From Nageia nagi (taxonomy: Eukaryota > Plantae > Pinophyta): 64,000 nt of DNA. The stretch lies in NCBI GenBank assembly GCA_050084985.1, contig JBITNC010000001.1:2170001-2234000 (forward strand), given 5' to 3'. The position numbers were made by a program, and so were the translations under genes. Shown here in pieces: positions 12,200 to 25,859 of the stretch (positions within the stretch are counted from its first letter, which is position 1; each line of letters begins with the position of its first letter). Under the pieces are notes generated by a model that was not told where the DNA came from, ran no database searches, and was given only the letters and a program-made list of their open reading frames with translations.

Positions 12200-14425
12200 A
12201 GCTTAGGACTGCAGAAAGAATATGACTTTGATATTGATGTAGCTATCAAGGATCTTCAAATGAGCCATAAGAGTGACGATGAATCTAGCTAGAGGAGGGA
12301 AACTATGTCAGAAGACTCCCCGATCGAAGAGATAGATACTTTCGTATCTATGAAAAGCGATAAAGTGATCATCAATAGGTGTTATTCCAAGAAAAAGCAT
12401 CCACAAGATTTGCAGGATGTGTGGGTCCATACCGAGGAGTTCAAAGTAAAGAAGATTGGGTGGGTTGGATGCAAGCATGCTATTAATTACAATGTGGATG
12501 AGATGGTTAGAAAAGGGATTGAGAGGGAGAACACGATCAAGGAATTGAAGAAGGATTTGGCTCAGAAGAAAAAGCTGGGAAAAGAAATAGAAGTCGCTAA
12601 TATGACCATTGAAGATATTAAGGTGCAGAACTCATTGGACATCGACATAACTTCTACCAAGGAGACTTTAGTCAATGTAGTGATGAGGGTAGTTAATGAA
12701 CTCTCACTTTGGCTAGTTGCCCTTACAAACGAGCAGAAGATCGAGGAAAATACGACAACCACTATCTCATAGTTACTACAAGATTTTCAAAATCATGAGC
12801 AGGCTATCCAAAACATCAGAAAGGAATCTGAAGAACAACCTATCCGAGTGTAGTACTACCAAGAATTTGCCTATCACTTGCATTGGTTGAGGTTTGCTGC
12901 GGAGGATTATGCCAATCTCACATAGGCAAGGGCCGAAATAATGGCTGCTCTAACTTTTCAGATGAGCTAGTTTGTGCAGCCGGTCAGCTTTGTGAATGAA
13001 AATGGAAGCGCGAGATGAGTTGAGCTCGTGGTACAAGAAGTTCAAAACATCATCAGAGAGCTCATTCACAAAGGATGTGAACTTGTTGAGGGCTGGGACC
13101 CATACTGAGAATCAACAAAACTTGGCCGTCTGGAAGTTTCAGATGGAGGCCACCTCTCAGTTCATCCTTGACTTTCACAATAGAAAAGATGAGGAATTGC
13201 CAGGTGTGCTCACTGTAGGACTTGCCAAGGCCAAAGCTTTCTTCGATGATAAGTCTCATGGGATTCCTGAGGACATCTTTGCTGTTGCCCATGTCGTCGG
13301 TCCCATAGACAGATGTATGGATAAATGCATATTTTTGTTTATTTTCTACTAAAACTTGTATATTTTAAATTTTGCACTGTGACAAATGAGTTTTTGCTCC
13401 CACAAATTTCAAAAAGACTATTGATTTGACATATGGATGGATTCCGATCTGATCGGGTGTGATCAGATACATATATGATTGATGTGACATTTGGCGGTGT
13501 TGTTCGGTCGTAGTTTTGGTTTTTGTTAATGGTTTTTACGCTTTTCGATATGGTATTAGGGTTGCATGGTTGTTTAGGGCAACTCTATAATTAATGTTAG
13601 GGCGACGCCTCATTTAAGGAAGTTGTCAATTGCATACTATATAAGTACCCTTAACCGGACCATTTTTGAAGGAGATGTTTATGCAGTTAGAGATACGGAG
13701 ATAGATAGATAGAATGCATGAGAATAGAGACTTTGTAATTTCTTCTATGAGTTGAATGCCAATTTTTTGAGAATCACATTTTGGAGCATATATTTTGTAG
13801 TTGAGGTTTCCATTGCATGTATGTATAACTTATCATTTTGGGAAACTCTGTTATCAATGAGAGTGTGATTGCTTATTTCATGGGATTGTAGTTACGCATA
13901 TAGCATGAAATGCATGTTGTTATATCATTTATACATTTATGAGCATTTCCTTTGAAAGTTCAACACTTTAGGGAAAGATGATTGAATATCTTTCTTAAAT
14001 GGATGAATGATTGTTTCTGCAATTTGCATATAGTTGTATTATTTTGGAATTACTTTGCTTTTATGATATTTGATTGGCTTTATCTGTTGAAAATGGATAA
14101 GTGATTGATGCATCACCTCAAATTCAACCTTCCATATTGACTACTGCCCTATGCTCTCGCTTGGGAAAGATCCGGACCCAATCGTGTTCTCCCTTGCTTG
14201 ATAATCGTAGTAGAAATTTCCTAATAAATCCAAAAGCAAAGCCCCAAACTCTATACGATAGTAAACTATCATCACTCACTTTGCTATCAACTACTAAGTT
14301 CACTTTGTTCTTGCATATCCTTGCATAAACCTTGGGGTTAAAGTCCTTTCAAGTGGAGGTAAGTAATGCTACGTCACTCCCTATGGTGTTGTTTCCCATG
14401 AGGGGTAAACAAAATCACGTCAACA
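12200..14425 (+). mobile_element. 5'-truncated ORF-bearing long LTR (family C relative)
   Basis: ORF remnants (IDTFVSMKSDKVIINRCYSKKKHP; YHLHWL; VWKFQMEATS) are homologous to 20150-21285(-). They are followed by TATA-like CTATATAAG (~13637) and U5 end CCTTGGGGTTAAAGTCCTTTCAAG...GTCAACA at 14425. Confidence 0.7.
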
Positions 14426-16121
14426 TGTTCCAACTCCACATGATAGAGAAATTATGGAATGTAATAATTGTGAAATAGAGATAGTGGGGATCTTGAACAT
14501 CCTAGTCGTGGATTTCTTTATGCTAATGTCAATCTTGGTCAGTGAAGAATGGATTTAGGTGGTTATGATGCTCGATGCATAATTGAAGGTGAGAAAGAGA
14601 GGTTAGAAAGTGAAAGTTGTTTCTCTTCACAAAAGGACCAAGACCCTATAGAATCCATGTATGAAGTTATCCCTAAAGATTTTACTTTTGAATCCTTCTT
14701 TGATGATCAATCAAGCGAGACAAAATTAGAGAAAACTTCGATGATCAATCAAGCGAGACAGAAGTAGAGAAAGACTATGCTGATGATGAACATGATCTTA
14801 AGCTTAAACCACAACTGGAGTCCAATGATGTGGATGCCAAAGATACTCCCATGAGCCCTACAACAAAAAAATAGAGGTATCCTTTGACTCGAAATATGAA
14901 GCAAAATCCAAGAATGCAGTGCTGAAATGAATGACTTCTTGTTCACGCAAAAGAAAGAAGATATAATCAAAGTAAAACAAGAAGTGATGGCAGATGACCT
15001 TTTTGATTTGGAGATTAGAGGCATTGAAGAAGCTCTATATGGAAAAACACATGAATTCGCATACTTGCATGAATGAGTTCCTGGACATGATAAGATTGAC
15101 CGCTTATTTTCACATGAGAACATAGATATATGGGGAGTACAACATGAATGTGTAATGAAGGAGCTTCTTGGCTTAGAATTGGAAGATGTTCATGATGCTT
15201 TATATGTTCAGGGACAAGAGTTGTCACTAGAAGATATCGAGGAGGCTTTAGCTGTTCATGCACAAAAACTGGTATATCGAAATGAAAGTGAGGTCAGAGG
15301 CATTGGTGATATCTCTGATGGCTACTCATTGTTATGTGAGAATAAAGGAGGAATAGAAACAAAGCCATAGTATGTATTGGGAGAACCAGAATTGGTAGTT
15401 GATCCTGAGCTCGGCCATGACAGATACAAAGCTTATACTCCTACAATCCTCATGCCTCAATGTTTATATTTACCATCCTTTGGTAGAAAGAAGATTGTGA
15501 GTCATGAAAGTTAGGATGAAATGGTTGTTGCAGGACAAATGTTGTCTAAAACATCTATAGTAGTTGAAGCTATACACTATAGATTAGTCAACAAGGAGAA
15601 CCTTTTGCCCATTCTCTTCTCTGATTCATATCAAGTCATAGAAAAGGTTCTCACATGGACTAATTCTTTATACAGGTTAACAGAGTTTCCCTCGACATAT
15701 CTAAACCCTTGGCCACACCTGCTAAACCAACCCAATGACATGTTGAGTGAAGATGAGCTTGTGCGTTAATTTCACTTAAGTGAAGAATAGAATAAGGTCT
15801 TTGATTTTGGTATCAAATGTTAGCCTTTAGTTTAGTAGTCTAGTGTATATAGTGCATTTGACTTTTTTAAAAAAAAGAAGAGAAAAACCAAAAAATACCA
15901 TCTTTGTGTGATTAGTAGTTCAAGCAACCATTGCATTTGCTTTCTAATTAGTCGATCCGGGATCAACTTTTGAGGTATGAGTGAGAGGACACTTTTGTTA
16001 CAATAGTAGGGGATCCAATTGCAATAGATTGAGATGCGTTTGATGATCTAGGGCCAATGGCGCAGGGGCATGCACAGGGATCAGGACATAGGCATAGTGG
16101 GATGGAAATGGAGCAAGGAAA

Positions 16122-17345
16122 GTCAAAGCAAAATCAGCAAATTCGATTACAATAACCTTGACGTAAGGTCTAGGGCATCAACCACATGCATTTAAACTCT
16201 CCAATTGCCAATTTGAGGGTTAGATCATCAATAATCAACATGCAAAACACCAAAACACCCACGACTTGCTAATACATGCAATATACAGTAGATAACATCC
16301 CACAATGCTAACGTCTGATAATTACAAGCATGAACAACAATAACACTCCATCGTAAGCACAAATGGATAGACGCAAGACAAGTATGAGATCCAAATTGCC
16401 TTGGCAGTATATAAATGATATGAAATGGCAATGATACATTACCAAGCCAAGGGGGGCTGACATTGGCCTCTCAGGAGCCAACTAGGGCACAACACAATAT
16501 TTGCTCTCATTGGAATAACTCTGGAACCATGGGATAGTACGCCTCCTCAGAATAAGAATCCTCTCTACTGAAGGAGCCCTCTTCAAATCCTGGATAACCA
16601 TTGAAGGTAGAAGCAGTACCTTGGAATACCACTGGATGGGAAAAGGTGCTACACCAGTGCCGTAGATAGATAGGATCCCTCAACCTGAATGCCCTCTAGA
16701 CGCTACGCCTAGGAAAGCTTGCTTAGCACCGCTAAGGCTTGTTGTCCTCTGGACTATTGTAGAAGTAATAATGATCAAGTATATCCAATAATGAGACTCC
16801 AAGGATTAGTATAGCTTTCCTTGGTCTGGATTACGCCTCAAAGTCATCACCGAATCCCCTCATGGCCTAACATTGGCACCTACGGATCAATCCAAGCTCA
16901 ACATGGATATCTGGGCCTCCCCTATGCTCCACGTGGACCCAAGAATGCATGCATGGGTCTAGGAGGCATGCGTGGGCACCTAGGTGGGCAACGTGGGTCT
17001 CAAGGGCCAATGTGGGGTCTATAAGTCTCCCCCAAGTTGGCACAGGTGTCTACATGCTCCCCATCTCAACATTGGGTCATAAAGTGCTAATCCCTCCAAT
17101 AAATGCTAAATAAACCATGGGATTCCCACAATCATGTTTCGGGATCTCCAAGTATGACAAACACACCTAATTTAACCTTAGGAGGGAGACATCCCTCTTG
17201 GGCCTCATAGTGGGGTCCATTGGCCTCTTAAGTCTCCTATCCTAAGTTACAATTATGAAAGTGCACTACATGAATAAAGTATATTACAAAGAGGAGCCTT
17301 TTAGACCCCACAATTAATTACAATTGAATAAGGGGGGATGTCACA
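16122..17345 (-). repeat. 3' LTR of the family-A gypsy element (outer ~20 bp missing)
   Basis: Colinear with 28026-28401 plus 37118-37895 and visibly diverged (older than the copia). Confidence 0.85.
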
Positions 17346-17403
17346 AAGCCTTCCCTCTCGAATTGCTTGCCCTTAAGCAATGGTGGAAGACTATAGCATA
17401 TTG

Positions 17404-18641
17404 TGTGATGATCCAAAAATTAAAACCGACCACCAACTAGCAAACTTGGACCATCAAACCTTGACGTCAGGTCTAGGGCATCAACATGTAACAACACAAC
17501 CCTAGCTATGCCAACGTTGGGTGTTTACAAGCATACAACCACCCTACAGTGCCAACGTTGGATCCCACACTTCATACAAGCACACTACAAATCCAACGAT
17601 GAGCCACACATGATATGAACAATGCAATTATGAAATACAAATGGTCACTACAATGATATATATATAAAAGACCTCAAATACCCATCATATGAACACAAGA
17701 ATAACAATAGAGATCCAAATACCCATATATTGCACAATGCGGGTTTTCCAATTGCAATCTAGTACAATGAGCCAAAAGGCTGACATTGGCCTCAATGGAG
17801 CTAATCTAGGGTACAACACAGACAATCACAATCGTTCAGAACCATCAAATCTTGGGATAGACCCACCTCCTCACAACTCAAGTCCCTCCCCTGCGAAGGA
17901 GTCTTCCTCAAGTCGGGATGAACACCGAAGGTAGAGATGAAGTCCTCAGAATGCCACCAGATGGATTAGGTGCTTCAGATCCCACTGTCGAAATGTCCTC
18001 TAGACTCCACGCCTAGGAAGTTTGCTTAGCATTGCCAAGCTAGGTTGTCCGGTGGGCGGTAGAAGTGTAGAAGAATAAGAATCAAGTCTATCAAATGAGA
18101 AGCTCCAGTATGTATTTATAATTTCCCATCGTTGGAACCCATCTTGAAATCATGGCCATCTCTTCTAATCCAACGTTGGGCATTTGGGGGCCCCAACGAC
18201 TTAACTAGTCGTTATGTTTGCCTAGTGATGCCAATGTGGGGGTCCCAGTCATCTTTAGTGCCAACGTGGGGGTCTCAGGCACTTTAAGTGCCAACGTGGG
18301 GTCCCAGAATCCTTTAATGCTGACGTGGGATATCTGGAAGCCCTGAAGTGCCACGTGGGGTGTGGGGCCACTCTCCAACATAATGCAAGCATGCTGGTAA
18401 TCATCCACTACTTGGGGGCATGAACACACCTCGGGATTCCCACAATTCGGGATCTCCAATTACATAACAAACCTACTCTACTACTCAAGAGGGAGACATC
18501 CCACTTGGGGCTCACAGTGGGGTCCATAAGACCCATTAAACTCCTATCTTGAGATACAACAAAATGAATGCAAATACATGAAAGGAATATGATACAAGCT
18601 GACCCAATGGGTTCCATTAGAAGTACAAGGGGGACGTCACA
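17404..18641 (-). mobile_element. Solo LTR, divergent family-A member
   Basis: TGTGA...TCACA termini, perfect TSD TATTG (17399-17403, 18642-18646). Confidence 0.9.
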
Positions 18642-20149
18642 TATTGTCTTCCAAGAATCCTTCAATCCTGGAAGTTGGGGTTCATGTCAATGGAATGCAA
18701 CTTCAATATTCCTTATCCAAGGTAGCTGTTGGTATGTTTTTCTTTCCTTGCCCAAAACATGCACAGAACTTGGAGGAAACAACGTTACTTGTTTACGCTT
18801 GAAAGGACTAGTTACCCCAAGCGCTCACATGGAATATGGTCTTGATGGCTCAGCAGTCAAAGATGCATGTTGTTAACCATATACAAGAGAAATGCATGCT
18901 GGAGATCCTTTCCATAAATGAGGAAAGATTGCAAATGTGAACGAAAGCGAAGAAAGATCACAAATGCAGGGACAAACACAGGGATAAATGCAAGGGATGC
19001 GAGGAAAGGAAAAGACTTGTGAGGAAATCACCAGGGATACAGTGTCTTGGCAGGTCATCTTCAGATTCATTAAGGTTAATACACTCACTATCAAGCCGGG
19101 CAGCAAATAGCAAATATGCTTAAATCACTACTAGACGAGAGTAGAAAGCTGTAGGGTATTTGTGGAAGACTCAATGGAAGGGGTAAAAAAACATGGAGTG
19201 AGGGCGTAGGTGCAGTAACCTAGCCGAATGATATAAAGACAAGCTGTAAGCCTCAAAATATATTCACTTGCGTGCAAACTATGTAAAGTTGGATCAAACT
19301 CTTTCACAAAATAATCAGTATGCAGCTTAGAGAAAGAACCCTTCAAATATGCATAATCCCACCAAGGATGTTCCTCACAGTATAAACTTTATGATTTTAT
19401 TTCTCTAGGCGAACACATTCATAATGATTTTCAAGAACGAAACATGCATAGAACCCTTTATGCAGCAATCTTCTATGCAATGGAATGTGAATCTCATGAC
19501 ATGCAAAGGCTCAAAATGATTATAAACAAATTCAATAGCCTCAATCTCAAAAATGATAGGAATCCAATGTGTGATGTTTTCATTACGTGCAAAAGTCCAA
19601 TACAAAATTGTGAGATTATATGCATAAGTTCCTCATGTCATTCATGTCAAAATCCTCTATGCTAAAATCCTCTGTGTTCAAATCCCTTTCTAAATGGCCT
19701 GAGTGTCGTATAAATAGGCCATTAGAAGTGTTGCCCTAAAGGCATCAAATTTGATATGGTGTGCACACACGCAACACACATACCAATACAAAATCAAATT
19801 GTTACGCAAAACTATGCAAATGGCACTTAAAGTTGACAAAATATAAATGCCATTGCCAAAATGCATCTACTTTACCACTAATCTATGCAACAGAAAATCA
19901 GATATGCAATAAGTAGTTTGAAAAATCCTGACATTTGAACCGGTGGGAGCAAAACCTCATCGTTGCACCTGTCAGAGTCATAAATGAGTCTGACAGATTT
20001 GATTTGGCGGGAGCAAAAACCTCATCCCTACACCAGTCAAATTGAAATAAAGTAAAGTTTGATATAACCAACATAACCATATGCATTAAACAAAGAAAAG
20101 ATTCCGCAAATGCAATCTACGAGTGAATAAGATCTAGGCCAGATCTGAT

Positions 20150-23100
20150 TCAGTACGAGTGGAGTTCCACTCCTCGCTGGTGAGACCGTAGGACTTGATA
20201 GTCTCCTCCAAGAATGCCAATCTTCTGCATGCCTCTGGAGATCATGCCAATAGTACTGCCATTCTGCTGGAAGTATCCTTCAATTTTCTTGGATGTAGCC
20301 TGCATATGGTATCTCCAGGTGACCATCCGCCTCTCATAAACAATAGGGTGCCCTTCCTTTAGCAAGTTGAGATCATCAACTTCAAGATGCTCTTGGATTA
20401 GGTTCTGAGCATCTGCCAATATTGCCTCCTTCTTCTTGCATTGTTATCCTCCCCTTGGAAGTTGGGTTGATAAAGATACTCACTCATTTGTTCCCCGACC
20501 TCCTTTCGCAAGGGGATTCTGATTTTTAGGGTGGCGTTGCACTTCTCAAGTGCGTGGTTCAGCCAATCATGATGATAGGTGAACTCATGACAGTAGACCA
20601 ACTTCTCAGGGTTGTCGGCGTGAATGTGCTACAGATGGGATATGTTCGGAAGATAGCTATCCAACGTGCTAAGGTGTGCTGAAATCTGTTCCTTGAGATC
20701 TTTGATTTCAACACCTTCAAGAAGGAGCTTGTAAATCCGTGAAGACAATCTCTCGATAGCCTCCATCACCTCGTTCTTAAGCTGCTCCTTCATCAGTTCC
20801 CATCTTTCATGGAAGGAAGTCTACTTTTGTAAGTGTAAAGGGGTGGTGCTAATTTTCTGGAACTCCTTTATAATCTTCCTGCTAGCCATGAGTTCCTTCT
20901 TCAACCTCTTCACTTCCTTTTTGGCTTCATAGCCTTCCTGCTCCATGACTGCAGTGTTTTGAGTAACAATGTGTTTTCTGGCTGTCAACCCTAGTTTCAT
21001 TGGCATCTTGAATGTGTCAATGACACAATCCTTCACTCTCTAAGGGTGCTTCTCTTTCGAGTAGCAATGACTAATGGAGATCTCCTTTCGAGAGGTGGAG
21101 ACAAAAGTGTCCACCTTTCGAATCTTCTCGCCATCTGAAAGTTCTTCCTCCTCATCTTCAGAACGCAGGTCTTGGTCTATGTCTTCATCATGAGCCGTAC
21201 TGATGTTGAGGGCTCTAAGGCAAGCATCTAGGTCAAGATCTGGATGTTCGGTTGCTGGTCGAGGGGGAAACCTTTGAACCAACAATCTTCTTTTTCAATC
21301 TTCTTGACCTTCTTCGCTAGAGTGGTCTGAACTACAACCATTTCCTTGCCTTGATGTTCCTCCTGCCATCTCTTCTTCTTCTGCTCCTTAATTTCTCCTT
21401 TGTCTTCTTCATCTCCTTCTTTACCGCCTATAGATAAGCCCTTGTTCCGGAGCTGGGGAGATCTCTCATGACTCCGCTTGGTAGAGGGCTTGTGCGAAGA
21501 AGGGGACTTCTTCCTATGTTTGGCAGGAGAGGACTTGGACATAGCCACTTCTCTAGCACATTTCTTCCCAATTATCTGGACGTCATCATCATAGGTACCA
21601 ATGTCCACTATCTCATCATCCGAGATGGTTTCAGTCTCGGTTTCATCAGGTGTTGAAGCACCTACAACTATGTCCTCGTGCTCAGGCATATTGGTAGGAT
21701 TGTCAGCATCATCATCTTCTTCTTCTTCCTCACTATGGCTCTTCGATTCTTCACCAGAATCTTCCACCGTATGGTCAGGATTTTCATCAGTTTCTTCATC
21801 GGAAGAAGAGGAATGCTCAGAGCTAGAGCTAGAACTTGGTTGCAATGGGGGAACTTTCTCCCTTGGACCAAGAGAATGAGCGGATCTGGAAGGAATTGTC
21901 TTGGTGGACGAACCATCACAAGCTGCATTCTCCACATCGTCCAACACATCCGAGGGTAGAGCATGATATCCAACATCTCTGAGATCAGCCTCTATTAGCT
22001 TGCGCTTGCTTGAACCTGGGATGGGCTCCCTTGGGGCCTCTTGTCTTTTTCCTGCAAGAAGCAAGACTGTCTTTTCTGGTGAGGATGTGGTGTGAGCAGC
22101 AACAGGAGACTTGATCTTCAGTGGGGCTTCTTTAGATCAGGGCTTGGTAGTCCAAGGCCTTTGAGGAGGATTTTCAGCTTGAAGGGGAGCCTTTTTCTTG
22201 CTCAAAAGAGCATTTATTCTTGCAATTTCCCCTTTATCACGCACATTTCTATACTTCTCATCTCCCAAAGGCTTGTGTGGAAACACAATGGGTCTATGGA
22301 AAGCTGTCTCATAAAAGTGCATAATTATCCCCTTAGGATCATAATTCATAGCAGCAACCTCTCTAAAGAAGTTTTACTGTTGTAGCTCCTCCTGCATATG
22401 TGATTCCTCCACCCACGTCTGGCACACATATCTGGATATAGTAATAGGCAAATTTATTGTGGCATTCTTTTTCTTTCTGTTACTGGCATATTTTGGTAGG
22501 AGCAAGGGTTGTTCTTCTGAGCCATAGACTCTGATGTATGTAAAATCAGCATCCTGCAGAAAGAAATCTACATGTACACTGATGGCTTGAACAGCTGCAT
22601 CAGAAATCCTCTTCACAACAGACTCCCCTTTGATAGCATTGTAGATATCATATTCCCGGTAATCAGTCGTCTCATAGAAGTACTAGAACTTATTATGGTA
22701 CCACCACTTCTGGTATGCTCTCCACACGGAAGTTCTTCTGCCCCAAGTATCTTTCGTCAGCCAAGTCCTTGGATCTGGTTTTGCCATGTAGTAACAGGTA
22801 CACAAGATAAGAGTTCATATAGAATCTCTTCGAGGAGCCAAAATAGGCCAACTGATGGTGCAGGGCATCACTAATTACTCTAGCCCATCGAATAGGTCTC
22901 CCCGAATTGATTGCTGCAATGAAACTTGTGAACTCTCCCCTATACTTAACATCCTTTTCTTGACTAGTCACCCTCGACAAGAGAGTGATCAACTTTGGCA
23001 CAACTGGCAGAAATTCTTCTCTTCGTGCACTGTTTAACCTCTACCCTTGAAGATTTTGATATTCTTCAAGCAAACAGGGTCAGATGTAGTCCCTAGGCTG

Positions 23101-23570
23101 GGCTGTGAAGTCATGGAACTCCTCTAAATAAGCCAGTGTATAATCGTCCCCATACCTTTTCCAGCCAAAGGTTGCTTCAATCCTAGCAGGGGAAAAGTCC
23201 ATGATCAAATTGCCTTCTATTTCCCGCAGGACCCTTTTGTCATACTCGCACTTCCTGGCCACCTCACTGCACAAGTCAGGAAAAGGTACTGCAAATGGCA
23301 TCATGGTTGCGTCGAACAAACCGTATATGTGGATAAGCTCCTCTGCTAGGTCTTCTTTGCTGATGGAGGACGTGGAGGCTAGGGTTAGAATAGGGTCCAA
23401 GTTTCCCTAATCAATGTCACCAACGAAAATGTGTTTTCCCTTGAATTTGGCTTTAGGGAACTCTGACTTGTCTTTCTGCTGAAATTCGATCAGGCTTTCC
23501 TTCAAAGGTCGAGTCATCTAGCTTTTAGTCATGTGCCTTTCGAATAACTGGCTTTGATGTTCGAAGCCAT
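20150..23570 (-). pseudogene. Disrupted ~1100-aa retrotransposon accessory protein (putative plant transposon protein / plant-mobile-domain-like N-terminus, acidic low-complexity middle, coiled-coil C-terminus)
   Basis: Consecutive minus-strand ORF pieces include IMDFSPARIEATFG, SGRPIRWARVISDALHHQL..FYMNSYLVYLL and FTYIRVYGSEEQPLLLPKY. Homologous pieces lie at 12305-13352(+) and 54317-54520(-). The domain name is by motif resemblance only. Confidence 0.7.
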
Positions 23571-23929
23571 GCAGGAATATCACTTAACTCTTGCCCCTTT
23601 TAGCTCCTAACATCTGATCAATTTGGGCTCACAGTTTTGGATGAGTGCTTTGGGCACAACTTTTAAAGTATGTGACTAGATCCTGGGGCTAGACTAAAAT
23701 GCCTTAGCCAAATTGGCCGACTGGATATGCAACATCCCCAAAAGCTTTCCTCCATGGTCGCATGTTTTGGAATGGGTGCCTAAGCATGCATGAGAAATGA
23801 TGTGACTAGGGCAGAGGGTGATTTTGAAATGAAGTGATAGAAATGATCAGGGAGTGGGGTATATATAGGTTCGTGTATTTGCCAGGTGTCACCTTTTAAT
23901 TGGTACGTCTAGGGGTCAAATAGCGGGCC

Positions 23930-24880
23930 AAAAACAAGGGCGCATGTTTCTTGAAAGGTGCAAAAGGACATGATGAAAATGGTGCAACTAGGTTCTTGGG
24001 CACTTAGCCAAATTCCAAGTTTAACCCTTGGTTGCACCCTTTTGGATGGGTGCTAAAGCATGTGCCTCAATCCTTGCACCTGATACCTGGCATGCTTCCC
24101 AAGGCTTGAGATCTCGAAAAACTTCAAAAAAAATGCAAGTGTCCTTGGTCGCACGTCTAGGAGGGAGTGGTGCTTCTTCTCTACTCCCACGCTTTGCCCT
24201 AGATAGACTTGCAAACTGAAACAAAGGGGCTGACTTCCTTTTTATAGCTCTCCAGATGGGACAGGTGTGGCCATGGGATAGGCGTGGAAGGAGGTCCAGT
24301 GCATGAGTCTCACTTGTCAACCAACGAAGTTCAACACTTAGCCAATTTTCCTTTCCTTGTTTCGATCGCATGGTTCCGGAAGAGTGCAAAAGGACTCTTG
24401 AAAATCCTTGTGACAAGCTTTGATGCCCAAGAAAACGACTAAGTATCCTCCAACTTGGTTGCACCCTTTCAAACGAGTGCAAAAGGACTCCTCAAAAAGC
24501 ATGCGACAGGCTTTGAGCTTGGAAAAATGCTAAGTATAAAGTCTTTGGTCGCACTGATTTTGGTGAGTGAAAAAGGACGCACTTCTAAACGTGTGACAGC
24601 CTTAAAAATGCTAAGTATACTTCTCTGGTCGCATCGATTTTGGTGAGTGCAAAAGGACTCACTTCAAAACGTGCGAAAATGCTGAAAAATGCTAAGTGTA
24701 GGAGTTGCTACCTTGGTCGCACCGTTTTGAAGGGGTGCAAAGGGACTCTATACAAAACATGCGACAACTAAATGATGTCAAAAAAAATGCTAAGTATGAG
24801 AAGATGCTCAGCCTAGTCGCACCTTTCCCAGAGGGTGCAAAAGCACTCCCTCAAAAACATGTGACAGGCTGAAAAATGAG
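23930..24880. repeat. Array of imperfect palindromic units GTCGCA-N~35-TGCGAC with central GTGCAAAAGGAC and linker AAAATGCTAAGT
   Basis: For example 24716-24766 GTCGCACCGTTTTG...CAAAACATGCGAC. Repeats roughly every 80-100 bp. Confidence 0.8.
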
Positions 24881-25859
24881 TGTTTTTCCTTTGCATTTTC
24901 GACAAAAACGACACACGAGATGCAGATGGGGTTCCTACAACATGGAGGCCTTCAGGATGCCTTCGAACATGAAAATGCATGATTTTAACTTCAACTACCA
25001 TGAAAATGCAATCTAAACATGTTCCCAAGACTGGGCCTTAAAGATATGCGTCCTCTTTGACAAATTTCTTATGCAATTTCCTCTTTGTTTTCTTGAGGGT
25101 CCTCAAAATGCAAAATTTTTTGGGGGGGTGGGGTGTTGTGTAGGGAGAACAATAGCAACATGTAGTACATTGTTGAAACTCCATGTCTGTGTGTCAGTGC
25201 AATTTGCAAACACACCAGTTTGCTATAGCTGTCTCTCCTCACTAGATGCTCCATGGCTATCCTCCATACACATGAGAATGCATGTATATAAGGGCGAAGG
25301 GGTACCTGCAAAAACCTTAAGAAAATCATAAGTGAAAATAGGTAGAGCCTTTGCTCTATATGTGCGGCCAATACTCCTCAAAGCTCAATATGGGTTCTCA
25401 CAGTCTCTCCATGGCCAATGTGAGGCAAGAAATTATCTCATCCTCGAACGTAGGATATCCAACTGCCAACTGGGTCATTATCATGGAGTTAGACCTTACT
25501 AGGTCCAACATATCACCGCCTAGCTCAAGAATGCCTTGTGAGGTAAATGCAACCTTCCAAAGACTCAATGCAAGGTGCCTAGGCTCCCAATATCTGGACA
25601 TGGCATGTGTAGCCCTTCAGATGTCCAACGTGGGGTGTGTATCCTTCTTGGGACTCAACGTTAGGTGGACATCCTCCTAGATACCCAACATGGGGTATCT
25701 AGTTCCTTGAGGCTCAATGCCGGGCCCTCAAGCTGTTTGGGCTGCAACGTTGGGTGTTGGAGCTCTCCAATACCCTCCATCTTTTGCTGAATCTCCTGCT
25801 CTCTCAACATGGACCCACCTTCTGCTTCCTCCTTTTTTTGACAACACTCTATCACCTCT

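Larger units (their letters stand above)
10855..16100 (+). mobile_element. Non-autonomous Athila/Tat-like gypsy element: truncated family-B 5' LTR end (10855-11009), tRNA-Asn PBS, decayed internal ORF with a protease-like domain and acidic region
   Basis: LTR ends ...CTCAACA at 11009 and the PBS follows. ~12000-12197 encodes FHNGVVDTRLDCNLILLATC..., and 15155-15400 encodes LGLELEDVHDALYVQGQELS.... Both are homologous to the minus-strand element at 57950-61455. No RT/RH/INT seen. Confidence 0.7.
18727..25160 (-). mobile_element. 6.4-kb solo-LTR-like unit (family C) containing a long ORF
   Basis: Minus strand begins TGTTG...CAAAAAATTTTGCATTTTGAGGACCCT and ends CTTGGGGTAACTAGTCCTTTCAAG...GGAAAGAAAAACATACCAACA. 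These start and end motifs match the plain solo LTR at 46749-48853. No internal PBS, PPT or terminal direct repeat seen. Flanks GTAGC / (T)GTAGT are an imperfect TSD. Confidence 0.75.
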
